A stretch of DNA of 64,000 nucleotides from Vicugna vicugna (Eukaryota): NCBI GenBank assembly GCA_013265495.1, contig MU058345.1, forward strand, positions 1-64,000, given 5' to 3'. The notes beneath the pieces were generated by a model that was not told the DNA's origin, made no database searches, and saw nothing but the letters and a program-made list of their open reading frames with translations. The position numbers were made by a program, and so were the translations under genes. Shown one piece after another: positions 37,501-50,353 of this stretch; positions within the stretch are counted from its first letter, which is position 1; each line of letters begins with the position of its first letter.

Positions 37501-39045
37501 TATGAGGCTTAGGGCTCCGTGTTTAAAGGGCTGTTCCACTACTCGAAGTCTTGCTTGCATTTCAGTCATGTGAATTTAACCCATCTAAAATCAAAAACCC
37601 CTTCTTCCACAGAACTAACTCCTTTCCTCATGTTCTATTTCTGTCATAGATTTCAACTTTCACTCGCCCCAGCTGCCCTCTCTGAGTCATCCCTGTCCTT
37701 CCTCTTTCCTTGCCTCCCAACAGTAAGGACAGCATTTGCCACTACCTTTTATTCCAGACTCGTAAATTTTCCTTCATCACAGTTCTCCCCCTTTCCTACA
37801 TCACTGTCACTCCCAGAAAAGTGTTCCTATCAGCACAGAGGCTGAGGCTCTCTCTAGGAGGTCAGGGAGTCTGTCTGTGGTCCCCACTGGCTCTGATCTG
37901 TGAGTTCTGAGCCCCACCGAAACTGCAGAGCTGGGCTGTTGAACTCCTGTAACTCACAGGACACAGTCTTTGCGGGTGACACGAACCTCCACCATTGACT
38001 CACACAGTGCACATGGAGACTTTCACTCTGCGTGAGAAAGGGCATGTGCGTGTGTTGAGGCGGGAGTTGGTTGAAATTCCGTCTTCCAAGTTATTAGATA
38101 TCTAACCCACATCCCTCCGTCTCCTTGAGAACTTCCACTTTCTCACAGAGTTGACTTCAGTGAGCACGGCAAAAAAAATAGTCTCAAAACACCGCTCTCT
38201 CTCTCCTCTTCCTAACACTGGGTGGTAAGTAAGCAATCAGATACTGAGTAGAGGAAACTTGTCCTGAAAGGATACCTTGTTTCTCAGTTTTTACAAAGGT
38301 CCCATTAAGTTAAGCTGCCCTTTTTTTTTTATCAGGCTGGTCGTAACTACCAGTGGCTTCTCTTCTGAGATCCTGGAGCTGCCCTGAACAGACCTGCCTT
38401 CTCCCTATGCAAAAGGAGACAGTAGGCATCCTTCAGCAGATCCTTGACCTCATGGCTCTGCCAGCCAACTGAGCTGAAGAGACACTCAGAGGGAAAGTGA
38501 TGTTTTCAGTGCAAAACTTCTGCTGGAATGTTCAAAACTGACTTATCAACTGCAAATGCTTTGAAGCAGTTGTTATTAAACTTCTGTTATAGAATATGCA
38601 TGGTCTAAGGTTTAGAGGAAGAAAGATGAGTCAGACAGAGCTCTTCACACTGAGGGAATTTCACAATCCAGTATCAGACGCGTACACGGAAAGACTCCTC
38701 TTTAATTCCAGTGTTCTGAAGGAAGTGGCATCTGTCATTATAGATGGTGAATCTTATTAAGGTTCCAAAAAATTACTAAGAATAGTTCTCTTAGGTGCTA
38801 ATGGCGTGCCCACACTGAGATGAGCAACATTGCCAGCAGTACTAGTTTTTACCAACAGGACAGCCTTCTAGGGAAGATTATGTTTTCTATTTTATAAAGT
38901 AGGAAATAGGTAACCTGTTCAAAGTCTCCTGACTAGAGATGGTGGGCTAGCATTCACTCTGAGGTCTGTCTCCCCCGCTGGTAACCGCTGCTTTCTATGG
39001 CCTCCTCAAAAGGTACATTTAAATTGAGCAGAGTAAGGAGAGAAA

Positions 39046-39145
39046 GGGGAGAGGGTATCGCTCAGTGGTAGAGTGCGCGCATAGCATGCTCGAGGTCCTG
39101 GGTTCAATTCCCAGTACTGCCATTAAATTTAAAAAAAAAAATTTA
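39046..39145 (+). mobile_element. tRNA-Ala-derived SINE (vic-1-like)
   Basis: gggtatcgctcagtggtagagtgcgcgcatagcatgctcgaggtcctgggttcaattcccagtac followed by an A tail. Confidence 0.9.
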
Positions 39146-39293
39146 AAGAGAGCTAGAGAGCTCTCTGGGGTCTAAATTGAGCAGAGTAAATAAAAGTTCA
39201 GTAGATGGGAAATAAGGAACAGGATAGTACCGTTTTGGATTGGCAGCAGAAAAAAAGCCACAGACATATGAAAAGTCACAATGTGTTTAGAGG

Positions 39294-39621
39294 TTATTAT
39301 GGACTGAGCTGTGTCTCCCCCCATTCATATGTTGAAGCTCCACATCCCGATGTGATTGTATTTGGAGACTAGATCGTCGAGGAGGTAACTGAGGTTAAAT
39401 GAAAAAGCACCAGGAGTGTGCGTGCACAGGGGCAAAGGCCAGGTGAGGACATGTGAGAAGGCGGCCGTCGACAAGCCAGGAAGAGAGGCCACGCCAGAAA
39501 TGAGCCCTGCTGACACCTTGAGCTTGGACTTCCAGCCTCCCGAACTGCGAGCAAACTACTCTCTGTTCTTGAAGCCCTCAGTCCATGGTACTCTGTGTGG
39601 CATCCTGAGCTGACAAATACA
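39294..39621 (+). mobile_element. MLT1A/B-like MaLR LTR
   Basis: tatggactgagctgtgtc...ccctgctgacaccttgagcttggacttccagcctcc...gctgacaaataca. Confidence 0.85.
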
Positions 39622-41846
39622 GAGGTCAATGGGTGCAGAGACTTTGAAAGTGAAGTTGGAGCTTGACTGTAAAGGGTACTGAATGTTCCCGTAAGGAGCT
39701 CTATACTTTGGTGGTGACAGGAAACCACTGAAGGTTGATAAGCCACTGAAGGATAAGAAACACCACCAGTCCTATTTGACAAACAACCCACTGATGGGTT
39801 TACAGAAAGTCTAAAGAGTAGACAGACTGATAAGGAGGTTGGGAACATGAAAGACACACTTTTCTTAAGCCCCAATCAGACTCTGCAGAGTGGATAAGCC
39901 CTCATCACAGTCATTCTACCTTCACCCACATTTCTCCACAGGCAGAAGTTACCAGCACACTGCACATTCACATTTGCTGATTTGCTAGGCGGTCAGGAAT
40001 CTAACTTGAACATCAGGGCAGCTTCAGGATGGGTCAGTGAACCATGGGTACCTAGTCCCCTTTTCATAACTTAGAACACCAGGAACCCCAGAAGATTTTA
40101 CGTGGGCACCCTGTGATTAATCAATTCAATTGACCTATCTAATGTACGAAACATCCTGGAGAGAACTGACCCATCTGAGAAGGGCTTTGTTTTTTTTTTT
40201 TCCCCAATGACGTCCAGAGATGCTTGTTTTATTTCTCACTAGATGATTGCATTTCAGGCTGGTGACATCAAGCAAGAGTCTAATTACCAACTAATTTTAT
40301 ACTTCTGAACTACAAATCGACAATCCAATTCAGCAAAGAACAGCAGTGTCAACAGCTAATCAAGGAGCTGGGTTTTCCAAGTAAGCGGTCTTGGTTGGCA
40401 GGGTGCTGTGAGCGGAGCCAAGGTCAAAGCCTAAGATTCTTTTAAAGACCCTTGCCTGGCTGAGATAGGCTGAAACCCTGTGATTCCCTAGGCAAAGCCC
40501 TCCATCACAAATCCTAAGAGCACAGCTGTTATTTTCCTTTTTGTGGTCAGTTTAGCCCAAACAAGTTCATACACATCCTTCCTAAGGGAAAGGGCAACAT
40601 CGGGTGCTTTTTCTGTAACTGCCAGCACCCCAAAAAGGTCATCGTCCTACCCGACTTTTGTTCACACAAGTGTCACTGCCAAGCTTGGTGGTGCTTCATG
40701 AGGACAATTCAGGCAACAGCATGATTTTCAAGTCAGTCTAGGGGCAGACCAACCAGGATCTCTGAGAACCGCAGCCAGGGCTGCCACTGCCCGTTCGAGG
40801 TTTTCCACATGAACTGAGTGTTCAGCTGTCATTTGGAAGAAGACTGCCAGTGTCACCCTTAGCTGGGCTCTAAGAGCCAGGACTCAGAGACCGTCTATTG
40901 TGATGCTGTCCTCCAGGACATCACTATCGAGGGTTCCTGTGGCCACAAGACCTATCAATTCACATCTGATCAACTGAAGTTACAGCAAAAGACAATACCC
41001 CATGCAAGTATCAACTGCACTTTGACAAAGAAATAGCAAGGACATCCTAGACCTGTCACTGGGTCCAAAGGGAAGACGTTTTCATGGAATGAACACTGAA
41101 GCTAGAAAGACTCTTAGAGATCAGCTTGGTTGAGGATCCCCATCTTGGTGAGCAGAAAGACAATGCTCACCCTAAAACCATCATGAGAGACCACAGGGGC
41201 TGCTGATATGTGCAAGGAGGGGACGAAAAGCTGCATGGAGGGGCTTCCGAGTCAGTGGAACCTCCCCATGATGGCCGTTTGAACTGCCAGGTGGATCTGA
41301 GGCCACCATCACCATGATGGCACCCAGTCTGCAGTACCGCCCTTGCTCCAGTGACCCCTTCCCTCTGCAGATGCAGAGGACTGAGGGCTAGACGGATGAG
41401 GCAACTTGCCCAAGCTCACCATGTGTGGTGGGCGCAGAGCTGGCACTAGCTCCAGTAACATCCATTCTTCTTTCCAGCACTTAGGACACTTTCAACTATT
41501 TAGTTTATGTATAAGCATTATTTATTTATTTTTTTACCATCTAGATTGTCAGCTCCATACAGGTACTGTCACATCTGTCTTCACCACACCATCCCCAGCA
41601 CCTGACAGAGATCCTGGAATATAGCAGAATGCTCAATAAATATTTTTTTGACAGACTCACTAGAGTGTGAGTTTCATGAGAACAAGACTAATAGCCAGCA
41701 TTTAATGAAAGCTTATGTGTGCCAGGCAGCGCTCCAAGGACTTTATTTGTATTAGTTTATTTAACCCTCAGAATAACCCTGAATCGATGTTCTTATCATC
41801 TCTGCTATCCTAGTGAAGACAATGTAGCCCAGAGAGATTAAGCAAA

Positions 41847-42020
41847 GAATCTTGTAATAAACTATAATGGAAAAGAATAGAAAAAAAAGACTATGTATGT
41901 ATAACTGAATCGCTTTGCTGCACACCTGAAATTAACACAATATTGTAAATCGACAATATTTCAATTTTTTAAAGGGGAAAAAAAAAAGAAAATCAGGAAG
42001 TAAAAGGAAAAAAAAACCCA
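41847..42020 (+). mobile_element. L1 3' end inserted within a MIR
   Basis: ataactgaatcgctttgctgcacacctgaaattaacacaatattgtaaatcgac plus A-rich tail. MIR-like sequence lies on both sides. Confidence 0.75.
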
Positions 42021-42983
42021 AAAAGATTACCCAGGATGGCATAAGAATTGGCCCACCTGGGTCTCTAACCCAGGCAACGTATTTCAGACCCCACTTTCTT
42101 ATTCACCAAAAATACCACTTCTTCATCGATCTCTTCTGTATCCCCAGCCCTCAGAAGAGTGCTAACAATGAATGGACGACACTCAATCCTGTTCAGAGAA
42201 TAAACACCACCCAAAAGACAAGAGCCCAAATCTAGGACTCTTCCAGCATCAGCCAGTCCTGTTGATCGCGCCGCACAGTTGGCCATGGTCCCAGCTCTCA
42301 ATAAGGCACCCTGTGTCCTCCTCTGACTGAGAGGAAGGGCTCCTGGGTTCTTTTTCTGGCTGAGCGTCCTTCCTCCCTCTGCCCAGTGGTTCAGAGCAAG
42401 CCCGTCTGTTAGGAAAGGGTGCCCTCTGCTGACAGGGACAAGCTCTTGCTGCGTCTATCCTTTCAGTGAGGCAGCGTGAGCTGAGAAAGATCCAGCCAGT
42501 CCCAGCCCGAGCCCTCTGGACACATCACCTCCTGCGGCTGCATTCAGATTAATTTTAAGACCAATCCAGATGGAGAACTGAGGTTATTGAATAATGAGCA
42601 CGCTTTAGCCCTGTGTCTGGTTGCCTGTCTGCTCCTCCAGCTGAGGGGCCCCTTGGCCATCTTCTGCCTCTGCCTGCCCCTCCCCCACTACAGGGTCCGC
42701 CCTGAAAAATTCCACACAAATTACATCATTTTGTTATCAGTACAGGACCTTTGGTTTCCCTGACTGCGGATTTTTCTGAGCTTCTCTCTCTGAGCCCTGT
42801 TTTCTTACCAGCTTCTCTCCCATTTTTCACTTACTGTCTAGATAAGTGCTATGTTTTCCTTGCTGTCCTGGGGGGCCCACATCCAGCCTGAGATCCATCC
42901 AGCCCACACGGGCAGTCGGGCTGCACCTAGTCTAAGCTCCCTCCTCCAGTGGGGCCGCATACAGTGTGTGGCAATAATTATTT

Positions 42984-43640
42984 TGTAACGAGGCTTAAGT
43001 TTCAGGACTGAACCCAAGGGGGAGTGAGGCGGGAAGCCCCATAAAAAGACCTACAAGACCCCCAAGCAGGGCCACTACTCTCCTGCCAGCACCATCCGGT
43101 TCCCTGGCCCAGAGGCTCTCACTTTTTGCCTCTGAAAAGGCTTACTTACTACTAAAATTCTATTGGTTCCCTGAGCTCACTCCTGCTTGGTTATTACTCT
43201 CACTTCTGATTGGTCCATTTCCCTAACTTCTGATTGGTCCATTTGTAGTACTTCATTTGCATGGAGCTCACTCTTGATTGGTTACTTCTCTCATTCCTGA
43301 TTGGTCCATTCCCCTCACTCCTGACTGGTTATTTCTCTCACTCCTGCTTGGTTATTTCTCTCACTCCTGATTGGTCTATTTCTACAAAGCTTGTTCCTAG
43401 TTGGTCAACTTTTGTTATACTTTATTTGCATATGATGTTGCAAAGTGTAAACTGGCAGCCTACAACAGCCTGTGTAAACCTACGGCGGGGTCCAGAATTC
43501 GGAGTGTTAACTCTTCTGGGCCTGCTGGCATGATAAACCTGAGTTCTCCAACTCTCCGTGTGCTGCTTGGTCTTTTGCCCAGATCCAGGTTGCTGTCACA
43601 ACTGAGCTCTAACACCGAGCTATAACGCTGAGCTGTAACA
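42984..43640 (+). mobile_element. Solo ERV LTR (ERV1-like) with CCAAT-box array
   Basis: TGTAAC start and ...gctgtaaCA end; ~22-bp subrepeats with tgattggt; two ATTTGCAT octamers. Confidence 0.8.
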
Positions 43641-44344
43641 CATTTTTCCACAACAAGAGGAGAGATGTGGCGAAGTCACTATTGGGCAAGGGTTGGAGGG
43701 TGCTTCTCACCACCCCAACCCCTGCTGAGGGTTTAAGGACAAGAAGAATGACACGTGATAGTATCATTCATTCTTTATTTCCCCTTCATAAATTACCAAA
43801 AAAAGATATAAAAAGGAACCAAAGGGGCAGTGGTGAGAGAGCGAGAGAGCGAGGTTGACCCAAAGTGTGCACTTTCGGGATCCACTGCAGCATTTGACCT
43901 AATGCTAAACCCTCCCCAGGCGGCTTCAGCCACTGAGTACAGCCGGGGTACTGCTGGTCCTGGGAGGGAGATATTAAACCTTCCCAAGCATCCAGAAATC
44001 ATGGCACCAGCGCTAGACTTCAGAATGCCCCAAAATATTGCCTTGGATATGTCTCTGATTCTTGTACAACAGGATTTGGAGGAAGGGTCCCATGAGAGTG
44101 TCTGCTCCGTAGACTGAGGGAGACGTGAGATAAGGACGTGTGATGGCCGGGGGAAGGTGCCTTTACCGTGTACACTCCATTGTGTAAAGAGGTGGAAAAT
44201 GGTATTCCCTGGAATTCCTAAATGTGCTGATGGTTGTAAGAAAAGCTGCAAAGTCCTGTGTGTGAACAGAGTGAATTATACCTTCTGGGGAATAGGGTGT
44301 GGTGAAAAAACGTTCACAGGTCTGGAGGGGTATGCGTGTGCGTC

Positions 44345-44358
44345 TACGTGTGTATGTT

Positions 44359-44394
<36 letters not shown>

Positions 44395-44407
44395 TGAAAG
44401 AGAGAGA
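44345..44407. repeat. (TG)n(AG)n compound microsatellite
   Basis: Direct observation. Confidence 0.95.
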
Positions 44408-45474
44408 CCAGTAGGAAAGAACCCCACAGTAGGGAGATGCCTAGGAGGGCAGAGAAGGGCAAAGCAGAGCCCAGTGGACTCGGGGAGAAGGGAGATTTGT
44501 GGGAAAGAGAGAGAGAAGACAGGAAAGTTGTTTCTGCACCCACTACCTGGCAAAGGAGAAAGACTGAAGCCAAGCGGGGTGGAAGCCAAGCGGGGTGTCT
44601 TAAAAGGACTGTGCCATGTGAATACATGTGTCCTGGTGAAACATTCGAAATACATTCAATTGCTTTTTTCTGCCAGGCACTATTTCTTTAAATGTGACTC
44701 CCTCCAGAGATTGGTTCAAAAAGTAATGATCTGATCACATTTTGTGGGCTCCCTCCTCTCTTATGCCCTAAGGATTCCCACTCTGGGCCAAGCATCCTTC
44801 ATGGGGTCCCCTGACCATATCAGGTGTGCTGAGCTGTGAAGACCTAACTTGGTGACCAGTATGATGCTGAAACTAAGCCTGGTTCACAAGGTACAGTTTA
44901 GTCAGTCTGACCGAGTTATAGTGACGTGCACAGCTGCTCCTGGGCTGCCTCCCATTATACAGGCACAGTTCACATGCTTGAGGGTAAACAAATATTTATG
45001 GAGCCCCTGCTGAATGCCAGGCGCTTGGTGCTCCATGCCACATTTCAGAGCCCACCAGGTGCCACTCTTGCAGAATTCTTGCTGAAAAGGAAAGTTAACA
45101 TGGTCAACATCATTCAAAGATGCTTTCCTGGAACCCATGTGTCCTGACTCTAGCCTTTCTCTCTGCCTTCTGGCTACAAAATGGCTTCTGAAAAAGTGTT
45201 CTTTTGGATGTTCTCATGATGATGTTTTGCTTACATAAAACCAATGAGTAAGTGCCTAAGAATATAAGACACATGGGTGGTCAGTGTAACATTTCTATAA
45301 TAGAGAAAAACTGGAAACAGTTTAATGTCCACCAATAGAGAACTAATTAAATATATCACCATGCACATCAATACAATGACATATTAAACTGTTTCTAGAG
45401 ATTTTTGTAGCTTGAGGTAAAGTGGTTTATCCCACTGCTAAGAAACACAGGCATATTTAAGTTCCCCAATTTTT

Positions 45475-45479
45475 CTCTT

Positions 45480-45512
<33 letters not shown>

Positions 45513-45640
45513 ATGGCGGGGAGAAGGGGGTGGTAATTCGGTTTATGTATTTATTTATTATTAGTGGAGGAACTGGGGATTGAACCCAGGACCTCATGCA
45601 TGCTAAACACGCACTACCACTGAGCTATACCCTCCCCCAC
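45475..45640 (-). mobile_element. tRNA-Ala-derived SINE (vic-1-like)
   Basis: Reverse-complement head plus long T tract. Confidence 0.9.
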
Positions 45641-47375
45641 CAACTTTCTTAAGACACTCCATAACAATTAAAAAATGCAAAATCTTGAAAAGGAAGAAGA
45701 AGAGGCATTGCTCGCTGTACTAGGCAGCTCTAAAATACTGGCTTATGAAATGGTCATGCCCATGAGAGACCGAAAAAAGAGAAATGTGTGAGGAAAAATA
45801 AAATGCAATTAAAGGAAAAAAAGAAGTAGATCTACACTTATGACAGAGAAATAGGCCCAACATATAGTGTTTTGCTTAGGAAGAAAAGCAAATGGTAGCA
45901 ATGATATATAGATATATAGAATAATCTCATTTGTTTGATTAAATTATATATGTATCGATGGTCTTTTCACCTTATCTCAAGCCCCAAAGCTGAAAACAGT
46001 AGGTATAAAAGACCCCTACATTCTAAAGGGAAGTGCAAACACGACTTGCTGAACTTAGGAAAAGGTGGTAAAACTTGTCCGGCAGCCCTCACCCGGGTGC
46101 CAGCCCCCACCCCAGAAGAGAGAAGACTAGAAACTTACAGGGAGGTTCAGGTTACCCCCACGAGTAGGCTCCTGTGATGCTTTTCTTTCCCCCCAGATAA
46201 ACCAACAAACCAAAGTCCCAGGAGAATAATTCAGAAAGATCGGAGGTACCTACAAGAAAGGGACATGGCTACTCACTCCCCGGCTGAACACTTGCTGAAT
46301 TACCCGGGTGCACCCCGGCACGTAACCCAGTGAGCGTTCTGGGCAAAAGATGGCTGCCTGCGTACCACTGGCTGGAGCTGGACATGATGGAGGGCAGGAG
46401 GAGAGGGGTCAGCCGGTGGACAAGCTGTGCTCCGCTGTTCAGTGGGTCAAGACTCTGATGAATTTCCTGTGAGTTTCTCACAAGCCTCGTGGACGCTATG
46501 AAAACCAATATTAGAACCAATTTGATGAGATTCCGCCCAAGAAGGCTGCCTGCTGGGGTGAAGGGACTCCACCAGTAAGAAGCTATGGACTGTACCTCTA
46601 AGGGCAGGACCTGAGTGAGGGTCACAAGAGGTCAGCCAGCAGGAAGCTGGACAGTGAGGAGGCCCCCTATGACAACACCCCCCCAGAACCTGCTTCCGTC
46701 CGACAAGATGTGCAGCAACCACATCGACCAAGAGAGAGCTATAAAGAGCAGCCACTGAATAAAACGAACGCTGTCCCCCTTCCCCTGCCTCTAGAAGGAG
46801 GAGACAGGAGGAAGATAAATGACCCCCTCCCCACTGCAGGTGTCTGAGCCTCAGGTCAGGCTGCTGATTGGGCGAAAAAAGATACTTTGAACTGGATGTG
46901 ACACTGAAGTTTTAAATGGAACTAAACTAGGCTATTTTTTTCAATGCCTGAAAGCGGTCAGAAAGCTATTGTGTGTGCTCAAGCCAGTCTTCAGGGGCAA
47001 GTCAGAGCGACTGTACATAGCGCGACAGACAGCAGTAGAAGACGTAAGAGAAAAATGAGGCTGTTCACGTTCAGCCCATTCAGTAAAACTATACATATAT
47101 ACAGCTTTTCTTCTGTACCCACAAGAGAATTTAGAGGAACACAAAGGAAGATGAAACTGGCTATCTCTGTAAATGGACGCGATAAACGGACTGAGACCTT
47201 ACCTATTCAGTTTTTACTTGTCCTATGTTATTCGGATGCTTATAATCTTGTATGCCTTCTGTAATTTACAGAATTAATTTTCTAAAAATGTGGCTATGCT
47301 AACCAAAGTGTCTCGCCCAGAATCGTGCAGCCTCCCCCTTCCGTTAGTGAGTTTTAGGAGGGAAAACGATTTGCT

Positions 47376-47552
47376 CAGTGATGAACTGGTAAACCAAGCT
47401 GCAGGAGAAAACAATGCCTCGATTTGTAGTATTTGCCAATTTTCATGGTGTAAATACTCCAACCAGAATTGATTTCAAACTACCAACGGTATAACCACCA
47501 GCTCGCCAAGTCCTTGGCTATTTAACAAGTGGATTAATCCAGCTCCAGCACA
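47376..47552 (-). mobile_element. MER63-like hAT MITE
   Basis: gatttgtagtatttgccaattttcatggtgtaaatactcc...ttcaaactaccaacg recalled from MER63. Confidence 0.7.
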
Positions 47553-48711
47553 ACAGAAGAGCACCGTGTGGGAGGCAGTGGCCAGTGTCCTTTCCGTGGC
47601 CCCTGGCACTCCATCTCTACGCTCTGATCACTGCCCAGTGGCCTGGTAGGCAGCCTCTGCCCAGGAGTAATGAAGAGTCACCAGTCACGGGAGCGGAATG
47701 TCAGGGCATTCCAGCAGGCCAGCCCTCTGACCCCAACAAGCTGCGCATCTGAGCCAAGTGGGAGATCCTAGGGGGGCTGGGAGGGCACTCACGGCAGAAG
47801 GGTGTGTCAGAAGAGACGGAAGAGCAGTGCAAAGCCAAATCTCGGTCATCGGTGACCCTCTGCAGCTGCAGAGTTCCTCTACCCCAAGGGTAAGAAACAC
47901 GTTGAAAAGCCACGAAGGTAACTGTTGCACCAACACGCCGCTGTCTAATACTGCTGGTGACAGTGACGCCAGCGACGAGAATTTAGGGAACGTGCACTCG
48001 GTGTTATGTGTTTACTACGTGCTAAAACGCTGTATGCAGAGCCCCTCATTTGCTCCTCCCAGCAATCATCCAAGAAAAGAACTGTTATGATTTCTACCTT
48101 ATGGGACAGGAAAGTGAGACTTAGGTTAAACAGCTTACCCAAGACCCTGAAACTGGTTACTGGTTAAAAACCGAGATTCAAACTGTCGTTTTATTCCAGA
48201 GGAAAGCTGGATTTCTGCATAGCTGCAGTAAGCCTCATCTCAGAGTGGGACAGTCCTCTCCCCCTCGACCCTGCCACGGTAAACCAGGATCCACTAGCAG
48301 GTGTTGAAATCTGACCTGAAAATGTTCAAATCTGGCTGCCACCTCCCCGTGTCCCCTCAGGAAAGGCGTGCTCCGTCCGGCCATAGCTGCTGCTTGCGGT
48401 GGAGTAGGGTTACTCTTTTTCTAATGTGGCTCTGTGAGCTCTGGACACATCATTTCATCTCTCCTACTCTGTCTGTCACTTATAAAAGTAGAGGATTGAA
48501 TCAAATAATCTCCAAGAATGACAGACCTGTATGTTGACAGACCCGTTTTCTCCATCAGTGCAAATACCAGAAAGCCTGGGGGAATGAGCGTGTACTTCAC
48601 GTAACAGTCCTTCCACAGATTTGTGCTGGCGTGCATCAAGCACTGTTCCGAAAGTCGATGAGGAGACGCTCTTTTCTTACAAAAAATCAAGGGCTTCAAA
48701 AGTCAGAAAAG

Positions 48712-48865
48712 GAGGGGGAAGGTATAGCCCAGTGGTAGAGCATGCATTTAGCATGCACATGGTCCTGAGTTCAATCCCCGGTACCTCCATTAAAATAAAT
48801 AAATAAATAAACCTGATTACCCACTCCCTCCAAAATAAAAAAAAGAAAGAAAGAAAGAAAGAAAT
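48712..48865 (+). mobile_element. tRNA-Ala-derived SINE (vic-1-like)
   Basis: ggtatagcccagtggtagagcatgcatttagcatgcacatggtcctgagttcaatccccggtacctcc, followed by (taaa)n and (gaaa)n tails. Confidence 0.9.
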
Positions 48866-49779
48866 GAGAAAAGGGAGATGAACTGGTCGAGGAGATTAGC
48901 AATTCCACACATTTATGTCCCGAGTGCCTACAGAGTGCCAGATATTTCACAGGGTATGGGGATCCCACTCTGAAGTCACAGACTGCTACAAAAAGAGAGG
49001 GCCTCTGGCATCAGACTCACTGGTGGAACTGTGTGACCCTGGGCAGGTCATCTCCGAACCTCTGTTTCCTGACCTGTAAGTGAGCGACTGTGCCGAATCC
49101 CCCTCCCAGGATGAACGTGAGGATGAACGTGTAGAGAGCCCAGTGCAGCCTCAGGCGCAAGCAGACCCTCCGTAAATGAACGGTCCCACTCATCCAGATC
49201 CCACAGGCACGGCTGCTCAGGCATGGGCAGGACCCATCTGGCTATTTCAGTGGAATCAGGAAGTAGCTGACCTCCTGAGAGAAGGCACAGTGTGTCACTT
49301 ATCAGGACTCAGCAACATGGGTGTGCTACGGAGGTCTGGGCACCTGGAGGTTCCAGAGCATCTAGGGAGCATGAGGAAAGAAGAGGATATCCCTGCCAGG
49401 CTCTTTGAGCTCCACAGAGATAAAAACACATTAACAGTTTCTGATGCTCCGGCTATGGGCAGCTGGAGAATCTGCACTAGATACACCTCCGAGCCTTGAG
49501 GAGAGCAAATCCAGGCAAAACATATTGCTGTCATCAGGGTCTTCCCACACCTCTGTTCAGTGCCTTTGACCCCAGAGCCCTGAACTTCACAATGTCCAGA
49601 TTCTTCATAGTCTGCCCACCTCTGTCTAAACTCCAAGGGGAAGACCTCTGGCTTTTCAGGGCTCTTTCTCCATCCATATCAAGTTACTCACCGGCACCTC
49701 ATTCCTGCTCTCAGAACAGCAGCACTAGGGAGCATGTGTTCATCGGGGCAGCATGTGCTGGGGCTCCTTCCTGGCCGCC

Positions 49780-50180
49780 TCCCACTTAGGGGGTTAGAAG
49801 GCTTCTCCTGCAGCGAGAGCTGGCCGGTGAAGTCTAAAGAAACCTCTACTAGGAGTTTTCTGGAAAATCTTTTACTGTCCTGATAAAAGTAACGGAAGCA
49901 GTTGATGCCTCTTGTCCTCCTTCCTGCCCCGCATAGCTGTGTGATTCCTGGCGGTGCGGGAGCTAACCTGTGACCTCCGGGTGACAGTCACGAGGTTGAA
50001 AACCCAAGATGCTAAAGATGATGAAGGAGCCCAGGTCCTCGATGATGCCGCTGAGCTGACCCACCAGCACGGAGGCTGCCTGTGCCCAGAATGCTTGTTT
50101 GTAAACCGTAAGTGGTCTCATATCAAAAGCCAATGTTAGCTGAGTATTCTATTTCTTGTAAACAAAAGCATTTCCAACAG
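49780..50180 (+). mobile_element. Old MLT1 (J/K/L-like) MaLR LTR fragment
   Basis: 3' part aagccaatgttagctgagtattctatttcttgtaaacaaaagcatttcc is typical of old MLT1. Confidence 0.6.
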
Positions 50181-50240
50181 GTAAAATCAGGGAGGCCAGT
50201 GATTGAAACACGGAGTATTAAACAAGATAGGGCTTAGAGA

Positions 50241-50353
50241 TAGGGTGACCAGTTTGTCCTGCTTTGCCCAGGACTTTCCTGATTTGGACACTGAAAATCC
50301 CACAGCCTGGAACCCCTTCAGTATCAGGTAAACAAGAGTGGCTGGTCCCCCTA
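50241..50353. mobile_element. MER81-like hAT MITE
   Basis: TIRs tagggtgacc / ggtcccccta; 8-bp TSD cttagaga / cttagaca; 113 bp. Confidence 0.88.
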
